Both the position numbers and the translations under genes were made by a program. From positions 1 to 64,000 of the IMG/VR virus record IMGVR_UViG_3300030103_004672: a stretch of 64,000 nucleotides of DNA. The stretch is one strand, 5' to 3'. This DNA comes from a virus. Positions 28,900 to 37,045 of the stretch are shown here, in pieces (position 1 is the stretch's first letter; each line of letters opens with the position of its first letter). The notes beneath the pieces are model-generated. The model ran no database searches. It saw only the letters and a list, made by a program, of their open reading frames with translations, and was not told the origin of the DNA.

Positions 28900-30684
28900 A
28901 TGAATACTGTAGATATTTTAGCCCATCAGTTAGGATGGGAGAGGGGAGTAGACTACCCAGAGTGGGGTCATACTGATGTTTATTTGGCGACAATATCGAA
29001 GGGTTATTGTTATCAAAATGAAACACCTAGGGATGCATATTGGAGAGTTGCTACAACAATTTCAAAAAGGTTAAAAAAACCGGAGTTAGCCGATAAGTTC
29101 TTTAACTATATCTGGAATGGTTGGCTTTGTCTTGCATCACCAGTTTTATCAAACACTGGAACAGAAAGGGGCTTGCCAATTTCATGCTTTGGAATAGACG
29201 TTGGAGACAGCATCCATGAAATAGGCACTAAGAATCTAGAACTGATGTTGCTTGCTAAGTATGGTGGTGGGGTCGGAATTGGCCATAACCAGATCAGACC
29301 AGCAGGATCAGAGATAACTAATAATGGAACAAGTGACGGTATAGTACCTTTCATTAAGATCAATGACTCTACTATACTAGCTACAAACCAGGGAACAGTT
29401 AGGCGAGGTGCAGCTAGCTCAAACATTAACATTGATCATGAGGACTTTTGGGAATGGCTAGAGATAAGAGAGCCTAAGGGTGATATTAATAGACAATGCC
29501 TGAACATGAACCAGTGCGTGATTATTGGTGATAAGTTTATGAGAAAACTTCAGGAAGGAGATCGTGATGCCAGAGAAAGGTACTTAGCAGTTATCAAAAA
29601 GCGCAGGCAAACTGGGCAGCCCTATATAATGTATAGAGGTAATGTCAACAAGCAGAATCCAGAAGCATATAAAAATAACGGCTTGAAAGTATTCATGACT
29701 AATATATGTAGCGAAATTGTCCTACATACCGATGAAAGCCACTCTTTTGTGTGTTGTTTATCGTCGCTGAATCTTGCGAAATATGATGAGTGGAAAAACA
29801 CAAATTTAATTTATGACTCAACAGTTTTTTTAGACGGTGTATTAGAAGAGTTCATACAGCGTGCTAAGAACTTAAAGGGCTTTGAGAATGCAGTCAGATT
29901 TGCAGAAAAGGGAAGAGCCTTAGGTCTAGGGGTTTTAGGATGGCATACTTATTTGCAACAGCGAGGCATACCATTTGACTCATTGGCCGCACAGTTTGAA
30001 ACTAGGAATATATTTAGCCAACTCAAAATAGAGAGTGAGAGAGCAAGTAGAGATTTAGCTGAGGAATATGGAGAACCATTGTGGTGCAGAGATACAGGTT
30101 TTAGAAATACACATCTTAGAGCCGTTGCGCCAACAGTGTCAAACTCAAAGTTATCTGGTGGCATTTCAGCAGGCATTGAACCAATTCCAGCGAACGTGTT
30201 CACAGATCAGTCTGCGAAGGGAACATTTATAAGAAAAAATCCAATATTAGAAACTGTATTAGATAGAATCGGCTATAATAATGAATCTGCATGGAATAAA
30301 ATCATGGCAGATGGTGGGTCTGTACAAGACCTACAAATTTTAGATGACTGGTGCTATTTGAGAGGTCGACTGGTTAGAACAGATGAGGTAACAGATCAAG
30401 AAAAATCTGAAATTTATCCAGCAAAAGACGTGTTTAAGACGTTTAAAGAGGTCAATCAGCTAGAACTTATAAGACAAGCAGGCATCAGGCAGCAATATAT
30501 AGATCAAGCAGTTTCTCTAAACCTGGCATTCCCAAAGGCCGCCACACCTAAGTGGATACTGGATTGCCACCTAGAAGCATGGAAACTTGGTGTAAAAACT
30601 TTATACTATATGAGAACGGAATCAGTCCTTAGAGGAGACATCGCAGCAGCTGCTATGTCAGATTGCCTACACTGCGACGGCTGA
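28900..30684 (+). CDS. nrdA: Ribonucleotide reductase class I alpha subunit (short; no ATP cone evident)
   Basis: PISCF, GGGVG, TNICSEI, APTVS, KTLYY; C-terminal CLHC. Confidence 0.95.
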   Translation: MNTVDILAHQLGWERGVDYPEWGHTDVYLATISKGYCYQNETPRDAYWRVATTISKRLKKPELADKFFNYIWNGWLCLASPVLSNTGTERGLPISCFGIDVGDSIHEIGTKNLELMLLAKYGGGVGIGHNQIRPAGSEITNNGTSDGIVPFIKINDSTILATNQGTVRRGAASSNINIDHEDFWEWLEIREPKGDINRQCLNMNQCVIIGDKFMRKLQEGDRDARERYLAVIKKRRQTGQPYIMYRGNVNKQNPEAYKNNGLKVFMTNICSEIVLHTDESHSFVCCLSSLNLAKYDEWKNTNLIYDSTVFLDGVLEEFIQRAKNLKGFENAVRFAEKGRALGLGVLGWHTYLQQRGIPFDSLAAQFETRNIFSQLKIESERASRDLAEEYGEPLWCRDTGFRNTHLRAVAPTVSNSKLSGGISAGIEPIPANVFTDQSAKGTFIRKNPILETVLDRIGYNNESAWNKIMADGGSVQDLQILDDWCYLRGRLVRTDEVTDQEKSEIYPAKDVFKTFKEVNQLELIRQAGIRQQYIDQAVSLNLAFPKAATPKWILDCHLEAWKLGVKTLYYMRTESVLRGDIAAAAMSDCLHCDG

Positions 30685-30699
30685 TAATTATATTAATTA

Positions 30700-31452
30700 G
30701 TGGATAATTTAAACATTTATATAGTAGGACCATGTAGTGTGGAAAGTAGCTTTATTTTTGGATGCGTTGCAGAGAAAATGACTAGCGCGATACCAGACGA
30801 TAAGAACTGGTATTTAAAAGGAAGCTTTGACAAAGCGAACAGAACTAGTGTCGAAGCGCCTAGAGGTCCTGGAATTTATGATTCTATTGATATTTTTGAA
30901 GATATTAAAGAAAAATTCACAAATATTAAAATCACTACCGATATCCACGAGCCCTGGCAGGCTGAAAAATTGAGGCACATTGTTGATATGATCCAAGTTC
31001 CAGCATTTTTATGCAGACAAACTGATTTGATAAGAGAATGTGCACATAATTTTGATGTGATAAATGTAAAGAAAGGCCAATGGATGGATCCTGGATCAAT
31101 GCGACATGTGGTTGAGAAGATACGTTATTATAATGAAGATGCAAAGGTATACATCACAGAACGTGGCACTCAGTTTGGATACGACAGGGTCATAGTAGAC
31201 TATAGAGCTGTTGATATCATGAAGGAATTTTGCGATGGTGTCATATTGGATTGTACACATTCAACTCAACAGTTAGGGCAGGGAACTACTGGTGGTAATA
31301 GAAATCTTGCAAAGGCATATGTTAAAACTGCAAGAGAATTTGGTTATGATGGAATTTTTGCAGAAACACATCCAGCTCCAGATACTGCAATTTCTGATAA
31401 GGATAGCCAAATAGACTTAGAGTGGATGGCTAGCGTGATAAATACTATATGA
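30700..31452 (+). CDS. kdsA: 3-deoxy-D-manno-octulosonate 8-phosphate synthase
   Basis: GPCSVES, SFDKANRTS, PAFLCRQTDL, NVKKGQ, DCTHS, ETHP. Confidence 0.9.
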   Translation: MDNLNIYIVGPCSVESSFIFGCVAEKMTSAIPDDKNWYLKGSFDKANRTSVEAPRGPGIYDSIDIFEDIKEKFTNIKITTDIHEPWQAEKLRHIVDMIQVPAFLCRQTDLIRECAHNFDVINVKKGQWMDPGSMRHVVEKIRYYNEDAKVYITERGTQFGYDRVIVDYRAVDIMKEFCDGVILDCTHSTQQLGQGTTGGNRNLAKAYVKTAREFGYDGIFAETHPAPDTAISDKDSQIDLEWMASVINTI

Positions 31453-31898
31453 AATATTCAAGATCCGCAGGACTGGCAATCATATACAAAGGGACAGTAT
31501 TAATGGGGCATCCTAGTAATGGATCTTGGGTTGGTAGATATAGTATTCCAAAAGGTCACGTTGAAGATAGCGAATCGATTTTAGAGGCTGCGATTAGAGA
31601 GACAAAGGAAGAGGTTGGCATATCAGTTCCACTTGAAATGATTGACAAAACCCCTTACAGAGTTTACAGAATAGGTAAGCACAGCATTAAAACAGTTTTT
31701 TATTATATAGTAAAAATTGACGATCTTGGGCAAATCGGACTAGATACGATAAAGGTACCAAAAGAACAGCTTCAGATAGAGGAAATCGACTGGGCTGGAT
31801 TTATAACATACAAAGAAGCTAAGCTTAGATCATCTAGGTATCAATTAGCACTGATAGATAACTTACTTAATTTAGGATTATTAAACCCAACTTTATAA
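31449..31898 (+). CDS. Nudix hydrolase
   Basis: Nudix box PKGHVEDSESILEAAIRETKEEVG. Confidence 0.9.
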   Translation: MKYSRSAGLAIIYKGTVLMGHPSNGSWVGRYSIPKGHVEDSESILEAAIRETKEEVGISVPLEMIDKTPYRVYRIGKHSIKTVFYYIVKIDDLGQIGLDTIKVPKEQLQIEEIDWAGFITYKEAKLRSSRYQLALIDNLLNLGLLNPTL

Positions 31899-31907
31899 AA
31901 AAATATT

Positions 31908-32087
31908 ATGATGGAAAAATTTGAAAACATTGAGACTTTGATTGAATCAGCAAGAGTAGAGGCTGAAAAATTCTATCAGAAAGGAAACAAAACAGCTGGC
32001 ACTAGATTAAGAAAACTCATGCAGGATTTAAAGAACGCTGCACAAGAAGTTAGAGTAGAAGTACAAGAGACTAAGGCTAACCTATAA
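31908..32087 (+). CDS. Histone H1-like protein, Hc1 family (59 aa; not in the ORF track)
   Basis: Translated by hand: MMEKFENIETLIESARVEAEKFYQKGNKTAGTRLRKLMQDLKNAAQEVRVEVQETKANL; KF..KGNK.AGTR.RK signature. Confidence 0.85.
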   Translation: MMEKFENIETLIESARVEAEKFYQKGNKTAGTRLRKLMQDLKNAAQEVRVEVQETKANL

Positions 32088-32112
32088 ACAAGTAGGATCT
32101 TTTTCGTATAAT
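32085..32112 (+). promoter_or_regulatory. Putative middle promoter TAAACA-N16-TATAAT
   Basis: Conserved bipartite motif, 4 nt before ATG 32117. Confidence 0.7.
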
Positions 32113-32116
32113 ATTT

Positions 32117-33199
32117 ATGGAAAAGCATACGCAGCTAAAGTACTTAACAGACTACATTAGTGATAAATCTACAAGTATAGCAATCGCTGCGCTTGTAGGT
32201 AAACTAAGTCCAAAGGCGAGTTCACACAAATCAGGTTGGGCATACCACTTAGCAAACCAGTGCCATAATGCCGGTTACGAAAACGTCACAGTAGTAACAG
32301 ATACTACCACAAATTGGGATGATTTCGATGTCGTGCTAATTGAGCATGGGATGGAGTTCAAGGGCACTTTTAATATTTTCGGTGGTGCAAATGATGATCT
32401 TTATTATCAAATAACACGGATCTTTAGTTCTGCTAAGATGTTCAGCCTTCATCATGATATGCCTTGCATAGGTTCTTTGATAGAAAAAAGGCTGCATACT
32501 GGAAGCGACTTATTCAAGACGCTAGAAAGAAAAATTGAAGAGGTTAAAAAGATTTGTGCAAACAATATTACCAGAATTGATTGCATCGAAAAAACCGACA
32601 AGCTATGTTTTGGTGACAGCCACTCATTTAGCCAATACACACCAGGATATATGACTAGTCGCCACGACGGTCTAACTATGCACGGTGCATTAAAACGAGG
32701 TCTAGACACATATGTCTATCCTTGGATAAAGTCTCTAAGAATATACCTTGGAAATATCGACGTTAGGCATCATCTTATGCGACAGCATAATCCAGAAATG
32801 GCTGTTGATAAATTACTAGCTCAATATGAAGATGGTCTTATGAAGCTACAAGAATCAGGAGTTGTGGATATAGAAGTTGTGCACACTTTACCAATAGAAA
32901 ACGAGAGTAGAGCTTTGCCAAAAACTGGATACTACAAAGGTACTCCATTTACTGGAACATGGGAAGAACGAACTGATTTGGTAAAGCAAATTAATAAAGG
33001 TATTGATAAAATGTGTGAAAGAAATGGTTGGAGTTCTTATAAGCATCCTGAGGTATTTTATAACCATATAGGTGAACTTCCGTTTGACGTTATGGAAAAG
33101 CCAAAATCAGTACATATCGCTCGAGAATACTATAGATGGGATTTAGTAAACAATCGTAAAAACAAAAAGCTGATCAAGCAATCGATGTCTTTGTTTTAA
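32117..33199 (+). CDS. Putative DNA-modifying enzyme: beta-glucosyltransferase-like N-domain fused to an SGNH/GDSL domain
   Basis: N-domain IAI...DDFDVVLI...FNIFGG...LHHD; SGNH blocks FGDSHS, LGNID and KSVH; ends QSMSLF. Confidence 0.55.
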   Translation: MEKHTQLKYLTDYISDKSTSIAIAALVGKLSPKASSHKSGWAYHLANQCHNAGYENVTVVTDTTTNWDDFDVVLIEHGMEFKGTFNIFGGANDDLYYQITRIFSSAKMFSLHHDMPCIGSLIEKRLHTGSDLFKTLERKIEEVKKICANNITRIDCIEKTDKLCFGDSHSFSQYTPGYMTSRHDGLTMHGALKRGLDTYVYPWIKSLRIYLGNIDVRHHLMRQHNPEMAVDKLLAQYEDGLMKLQESGVVDIEVVHTLPIENESRALPKTGYYKGTPFTGTWEERTDLVKQINKGIDKMCERNGWSSYKHPEVFYNHIGELPFDVMEKPKSVHIAREYYRWDLVNNRKNKKLIKQSMSLF

Positions 33200-33203
33200 A
33201 ATT

Positions 33204-34406
33204 ATGGAAATAAAAACAACCAAATACTACGACGAATATTTGAGGTATTTTAATTTAGCAAAGAGGCAACAGGATTCGAGCAATCTCGGACATGTGCCAC
33301 ACGCAGATTCAGATCTAGATGATGAACTAATGCATCACATTGAACTATACGATGTGGTAGAGAGAAAATATGCCGGGTTTTCACAGATTGTTAACGATTG
33401 TTTTTACGGATGGTCAGAAGATCACCCGTATTGGTCAAGAATGAATGCAGGTCTTTATACAACTCAAAGAAAGCAGGTTGCAACGAACTGGACTGGCAAG
33501 CAAAATCATTTTGATCTGGCAGAATGGCTTTATGTTTTTATACTTCATAGAGTCACAGGATCTGCTATTAACTATGCAACTAAGCCAAGTGGCTATCATA
33601 ACACCCTTCTATTTGATTTATGGCAATCTGATACTATAGAACAAATGTGCAAACAGGTTAAGGAGGCAACAAAATCTTTTTACACATCTGTTGGCTATCA
33701 GTTTCCAGCATTCCCAAAGCCACCTGCGCCAAAATCAAATGCTGATTTTAGCTTTAGCACAAAGAGAGAATACGTGTATAAAAGAGGCGGCGATTACTTT
33801 CTATGTGAGTTCGCACCTAGACTTGCAAGGGATATGGCGCATTTTCTTGAGCAGGGTGGCAAAAAGGATCTTAGAGAGCTTGGAGAATGGATGTTTAAAT
33901 GGAATAAGGACAATGGACTAAGAGCTTACAAATTTCAATATGCAGCTGTTATTGCCGATGTTGCAGATTGGTTTCCACAATATATCAATAGGGAATCTAT
34001 GTTTTTCTATGGAACAAACGCGGTAGAGTGCATTGGTTATCTAGCAGATCCAATAAATGGCAAGGGCAAAAAATCAGAGCCTTTTTTAGATGCAGTCATG
34101 ACAAGAATTTATGAAGATACTGGATCACTACCATATAATGCCGAGGATGTTGCATGTGACTTTATTCGTTGGATAGAAAATTACATGAGACCAGGTGCGG
34201 ATTATAAGCATATCAACATGGACACTCTTTGGAACTCATCTACAATAATTGATCATCCGTTTGGTAGACAGAGGGCAATGCTTGAGTTAGGGCTATTAGA
34301 ATCTTTCAATGGAATGACCAATCACCCATCTGATGACAAAGTTATAAAAGCAGCTGGTATTGATGTAGATGAGTACAAAAAACGTGTTTCGAAACTTTAT
34401 AATTAA
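33204..34406 (+). CDS. Amino acid:DNA transferase / aGPT-PPase-like protein (HhH DNA-glycosylase fold)
   Basis: FQYAAVIAD, YGTNAVECI and AEDVACDFIRW resemble the F...D, GPGA..GL and E..LCE..KY motifs of that family; adjacent to a PLP enzyme. Confidence 0.6.
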   Translation: MEIKTTKYYDEYLRYFNLAKRQQDSSNLGHVPHADSDLDDELMHHIELYDVVERKYAGFSQIVNDCFYGWSEDHPYWSRMNAGLYTTQRKQVATNWTGKQNHFDLAEWLYVFILHRVTGSAINYATKPSGYHNTLLFDLWQSDTIEQMCKQVKEATKSFYTSVGYQFPAFPKPPAPKSNADFSFSTKREYVYKRGGDYFLCEFAPRLARDMAHFLEQGGKKDLRELGEWMFKWNKDNGLRAYKFQYAAVIADVADWFPQYINRESMFFYGTNAVECIGYLADPINGKGKKSEPFLDAVMTRIYEDTGSLPYNAEDVACDFIRWIENYMRPGADYKHINMDTLWNSSTIIDHPFGRQRAMLELGLLESFNGMTNHPSDDKVIKAAGIDVDEYKKRVSKLYN

Positions 34407-34410
34407 GATT

Positions 34411-35298
34411 ATGCCACATAACAAACATACAGATAGTCTATCTAATCAAGATCTAAATCTAATGATGCCTAATCGTGAAGCATGGCTTGATTTAGCTGGA
34501 GATTGGGAAGATCCATTTGATGCTCCTACAATTATTGAACATGATGGCTTTAAAGTCGTTAGAGAAGATATGATGGGATTTGGATCAAAGTGTAGATTTG
34601 GAGACATCTTAGTACAAAAGGCAGCTTCAGATACTCTTGTATATGTACAGCCTCGATACGGATTTGCAGGTATATCGCTTGCATATCTTGCCAAAAAGTA
34701 CAATAAAAAATTAGTATTATTTAGTCCTAGCCAAAAACAAATATCAGATCACCAGGCAATATGTATAGAAAGAGGAGCTACAATGAAATTTAGAAGAATT
34801 GCAGCAATGCCAAATCTAAATAAAATAGCCGCAGATTGGGCTAAAGATAATGGTGCATTTTTCATTCCACTCGGATTAAGACATCCGTTAGTAACTGCAG
34901 CTGCCGTAAAAGTTGCATATGATTTAGCAGAGAACAATGGCTATCCAGAAGAAGTTTGGTCTGCAATATCAACAGGTGTGCTTCAACGATCTTTACAAAT
35001 AGCGTGGCCAGATTCTAAATTCAATGCAGTTGCAGTTGCTAGAAATATAAAAAGAGGTGAAAGGGGAAAGGCAAAGATGTGGTCACATCCAAAAGCATTT
35101 AACCAAAACGTGGATCAAAAATACTATCCTCCATTTCCTTCTGCGCTGAACTATGATGCAAAGGCTTGGGAATTTATGAAAAGAAATGGATCTCCTGGCG
35201 CTTGGTTTTGGAATGTTGGGGGTGATCCTAAACCTGAATTCGATGAAACAAAAGACAAAACTGATTCACAGAGGGAATGGGGAGAAATAAGAGATTAA
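34411..35298 (+). CDS. Fold-type II PLP-dependent enzyme (ACC deaminase/D-cysteine desulfhydrase-like; phage DNA-hypermodification type)
   Basis: VRED, GSKCRF (PLP lysine), AISTG, YDAKAW, WNVG. ATG 34411 is preferred. Confidence 0.8.
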   Translation: MPHNKHTDSLSNQDLNLMMPNREAWLDLAGDWEDPFDAPTIIEHDGFKVVREDMMGFGSKCRFGDILVQKAASDTLVYVQPRYGFAGISLAYLAKKYNKKLVLFSPSQKQISDHQAICIERGATMKFRRIAAMPNLNKIAADWAKDNGAFFIPLGLRHPLVTAAAVKVAYDLAENNGYPEEVWSAISTGVLQRSLQIAWPDSKFNAVAVARNIKRGERGKAKMWSHPKAFNQNVDQKYYPPFPSALNYDAKAWEFMKRNGSPGAWFWNVGGDPKPEFDETKDKTDSQREWGEIRD

Positions 35299-35323
35299 AC
35301 AATTAACAAAAAATTAGTAAAAT
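35296..35323 (+). promoter_or_regulatory. Putative middle promoter TAAACA-N16-TAAAAT
   Basis: Conserved bipartite motif. Confidence 0.65.
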
Positions 35324-35339
35324 AACTAAAAATAAAAAA

Positions 35340-36101
35340 ATGGCAAGTACAGTATCACTTAATAAAATTAACGGGTATGAATTTCAATCATACGTCAAAA
35401 AACTATTATCAATTGACAAATTTATTTTCATCAAAATAGGAAATGAAACCACAACTTCTTCAGTATACCTACCTGAACGAGATGCTGTTAAATTGGCAAA
35501 CATTCCTACTTCTGACCTATTTGATTTTGATCAAGAGCTTGATGGTGATATAAAAGTTAGTTTTTACAATGGATCTAAAGTAGTAGATGCAATTTCACAC
35601 TTTAAAGGTGAAGTAACTGGTGATGTTGTCTATGATAATATAGATGATGCTAATCTTGCAGCAGACTTTGTGATTCAAAATGACAAACTTAAAATTAATC
35701 TAGCTTGCGCAGATCCAAGTTTATCATTTATGGAAATGAACAAAGAGGAGATGTCGAGAGCATTTGGTGTTGAGAACAAGTTATTTGAGTTTGACCTTTT
35801 AACTGTTGATGCGGATAGAATTAAATCACTATTTAATCTAGAGAAGGAAGAAGATGTATTTTCTTTCTCAATTAGTGAACGAGGAGTTAATGTAGTTGGT
35901 GCAGCTTATGATGCAGTCATTGCTACTAAGTTTGCAGGAGATGTTCCTGTAGGCACTAAGGTCACTGCATATAAAAAGTATTTCAATTTGTTAGACAAAG
36001 AAAACTATAAAGTGATTGTTTGTGAAAACAAAATTGTATTTAAATCAATGGATACAGACACTCTACTCACAGTTGCTGTAGCTGTAGTAGATGAGGACTA
36101 A
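35340..36101 (+). CDS. DNA polymerase sliding clamp (gp45/PCNA-like)
   Basis: About 250 aa, acidic, two-domain alpha/beta pattern, ADPS linker, ENYKVIV; replication context. Confidence 0.6.
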   Translation: MASTVSLNKINGYEFQSYVKKLLSIDKFIFIKIGNETTTSSVYLPERDAVKLANIPTSDLFDFDQELDGDIKVSFYNGSKVVDAISHFKGEVTGDVVYDNIDDANLAADFVIQNDKLKINLACADPSLSFMEMNKEEMSRAFGVENKLFEFDLLTVDADRIKSLFNLEKEEDVFSFSISERGVNVVGAAYDAVIATKFAGDVPVGTKVTAYKKYFNLLDKENYKVIVCENKIVFKSMDTDTLLTVAVAVVDED

Positions 36102-36150
36102 GTTTCAATTTTGAATATACTTGTTATATTTAATTTGTATATGTTATCTG

Positions 36151-36176
36151 AATGGCCTGCTTTGCGGGCCATTTTT
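36151..36176 (+). terminator. Rho-independent terminator
   Basis: AATGGCCTGC-TTT-GCGGGCCATT followed by a T-run. Confidence 0.8.
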
Positions 36177-36203
36177 ATTAAATATAATGTATAGTGCGTT
36201 TTT

Positions 36204-36212
36204 GATATATAA
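36204..36212 (+). promoter_or_regulatory. Putative late promoter GATATATAA for the HNH gene
   Basis: Recurrent motif, 3 nt before the ATG. Confidence 0.6.
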
Positions 36213-36215
36213 AGT

Positions 36216-37025
36216 ATGAATCACAAGAAAATACATGACTTAATAATCAAAAGGGCAAAAGAGAGAACTTTAGAAGGCTACTCCGAAAAACACCACATTA
36301 TACCAAAATGCCTAGGCGGAACTGATGATCAAGATAATCTAGTACATCTAACAGCAAGGGAGCATTTTATCATACACAAACTACTATGTGAGATCTACCC
36401 AAATGAATCAAAACTCCATTGGGCTGCATTTATGATGGCAACTGCACGAGGCAAACACATGGACAACCGAGATTACCGAATAGGCTCTAGAGAATATGAA
36501 AGGCTTAGAGAATCTTTAGAGATTAGTGACGAGACTAGGCGAAAATCAGGTATTGCAAACATTGGTAACAAGTATAGACTAGGAAAAAAACATTCTGACG
36601 AAAGCAAAAAAAAGATGAGCCAGGCAGCTATGGGAAATACAAATTCGAGAGGCTATAAACACACTGAAGAAGCAAGAAAAAATATGAGTAAGGCTGCGAA
36701 GGCAAGAGATCGTAAACCACACTCTGGGGAAACTAAGCAAAAAATGAGTGATGCCTGGAAATTAAAAAAGGAACAGGGCTACGAGTCACCGATGAAAGGT
36801 ATAAAGAGGCCTGAAGAAGTAAAGAAGAAAATATCTGCTTCTAAAACTGGTGTTAAGCGTGGCAAGTTCTCGCAAGAATGGCTTGATAACATGTCAAAAT
36901 CTCTAAAGGGAAAAGCGAAGGGCAAAATATGGATTAACAACGGTGTAAAGGGTAGCATGATACTCCCAGATGAGCCAATTCCAGAAGGCTGGACACGTGG
37001 CATGCTTAGAAGAAAACAAAATTGA
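36216..37025 (+). mobile_element. Free-standing HNH homing endonuclease with NUMOD3 repeats (MobE-like)
   Basis: EKHHIIPKCLGG...NLVHLTAREHFIIH; repeated H(S/T)xEx(K/R)xxMS motifs. Confidence 0.9.
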
Positions 37026-37040
37026 TAATTTAGTTATAAT
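37013..37040 (+). promoter_or_regulatory. Putative middle promoter AAAACA-N16-TATAAT for polymerase fragment B
   Basis: Upstream box lies inside the 3' end of the HNH gene; ATG is 5 nt after TATAAT. Confidence 0.6.
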
Positions 37041-37045
37041 ATTCA

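Noticed and set aside
31882-31909. TAAACC-N16-TATTAT as a ninth middle promoter
   Set aside because: The downstream box overlaps the Hc1 start codon, so transcription would begin inside the gene; probably coincidental.
36102-37045. Group I intron surrounding the HNH gene
   Set aside because: Flanks are too short (about 115 and 20 nt) and are explained by a terminator and promoters; the upstream gene ends normally.
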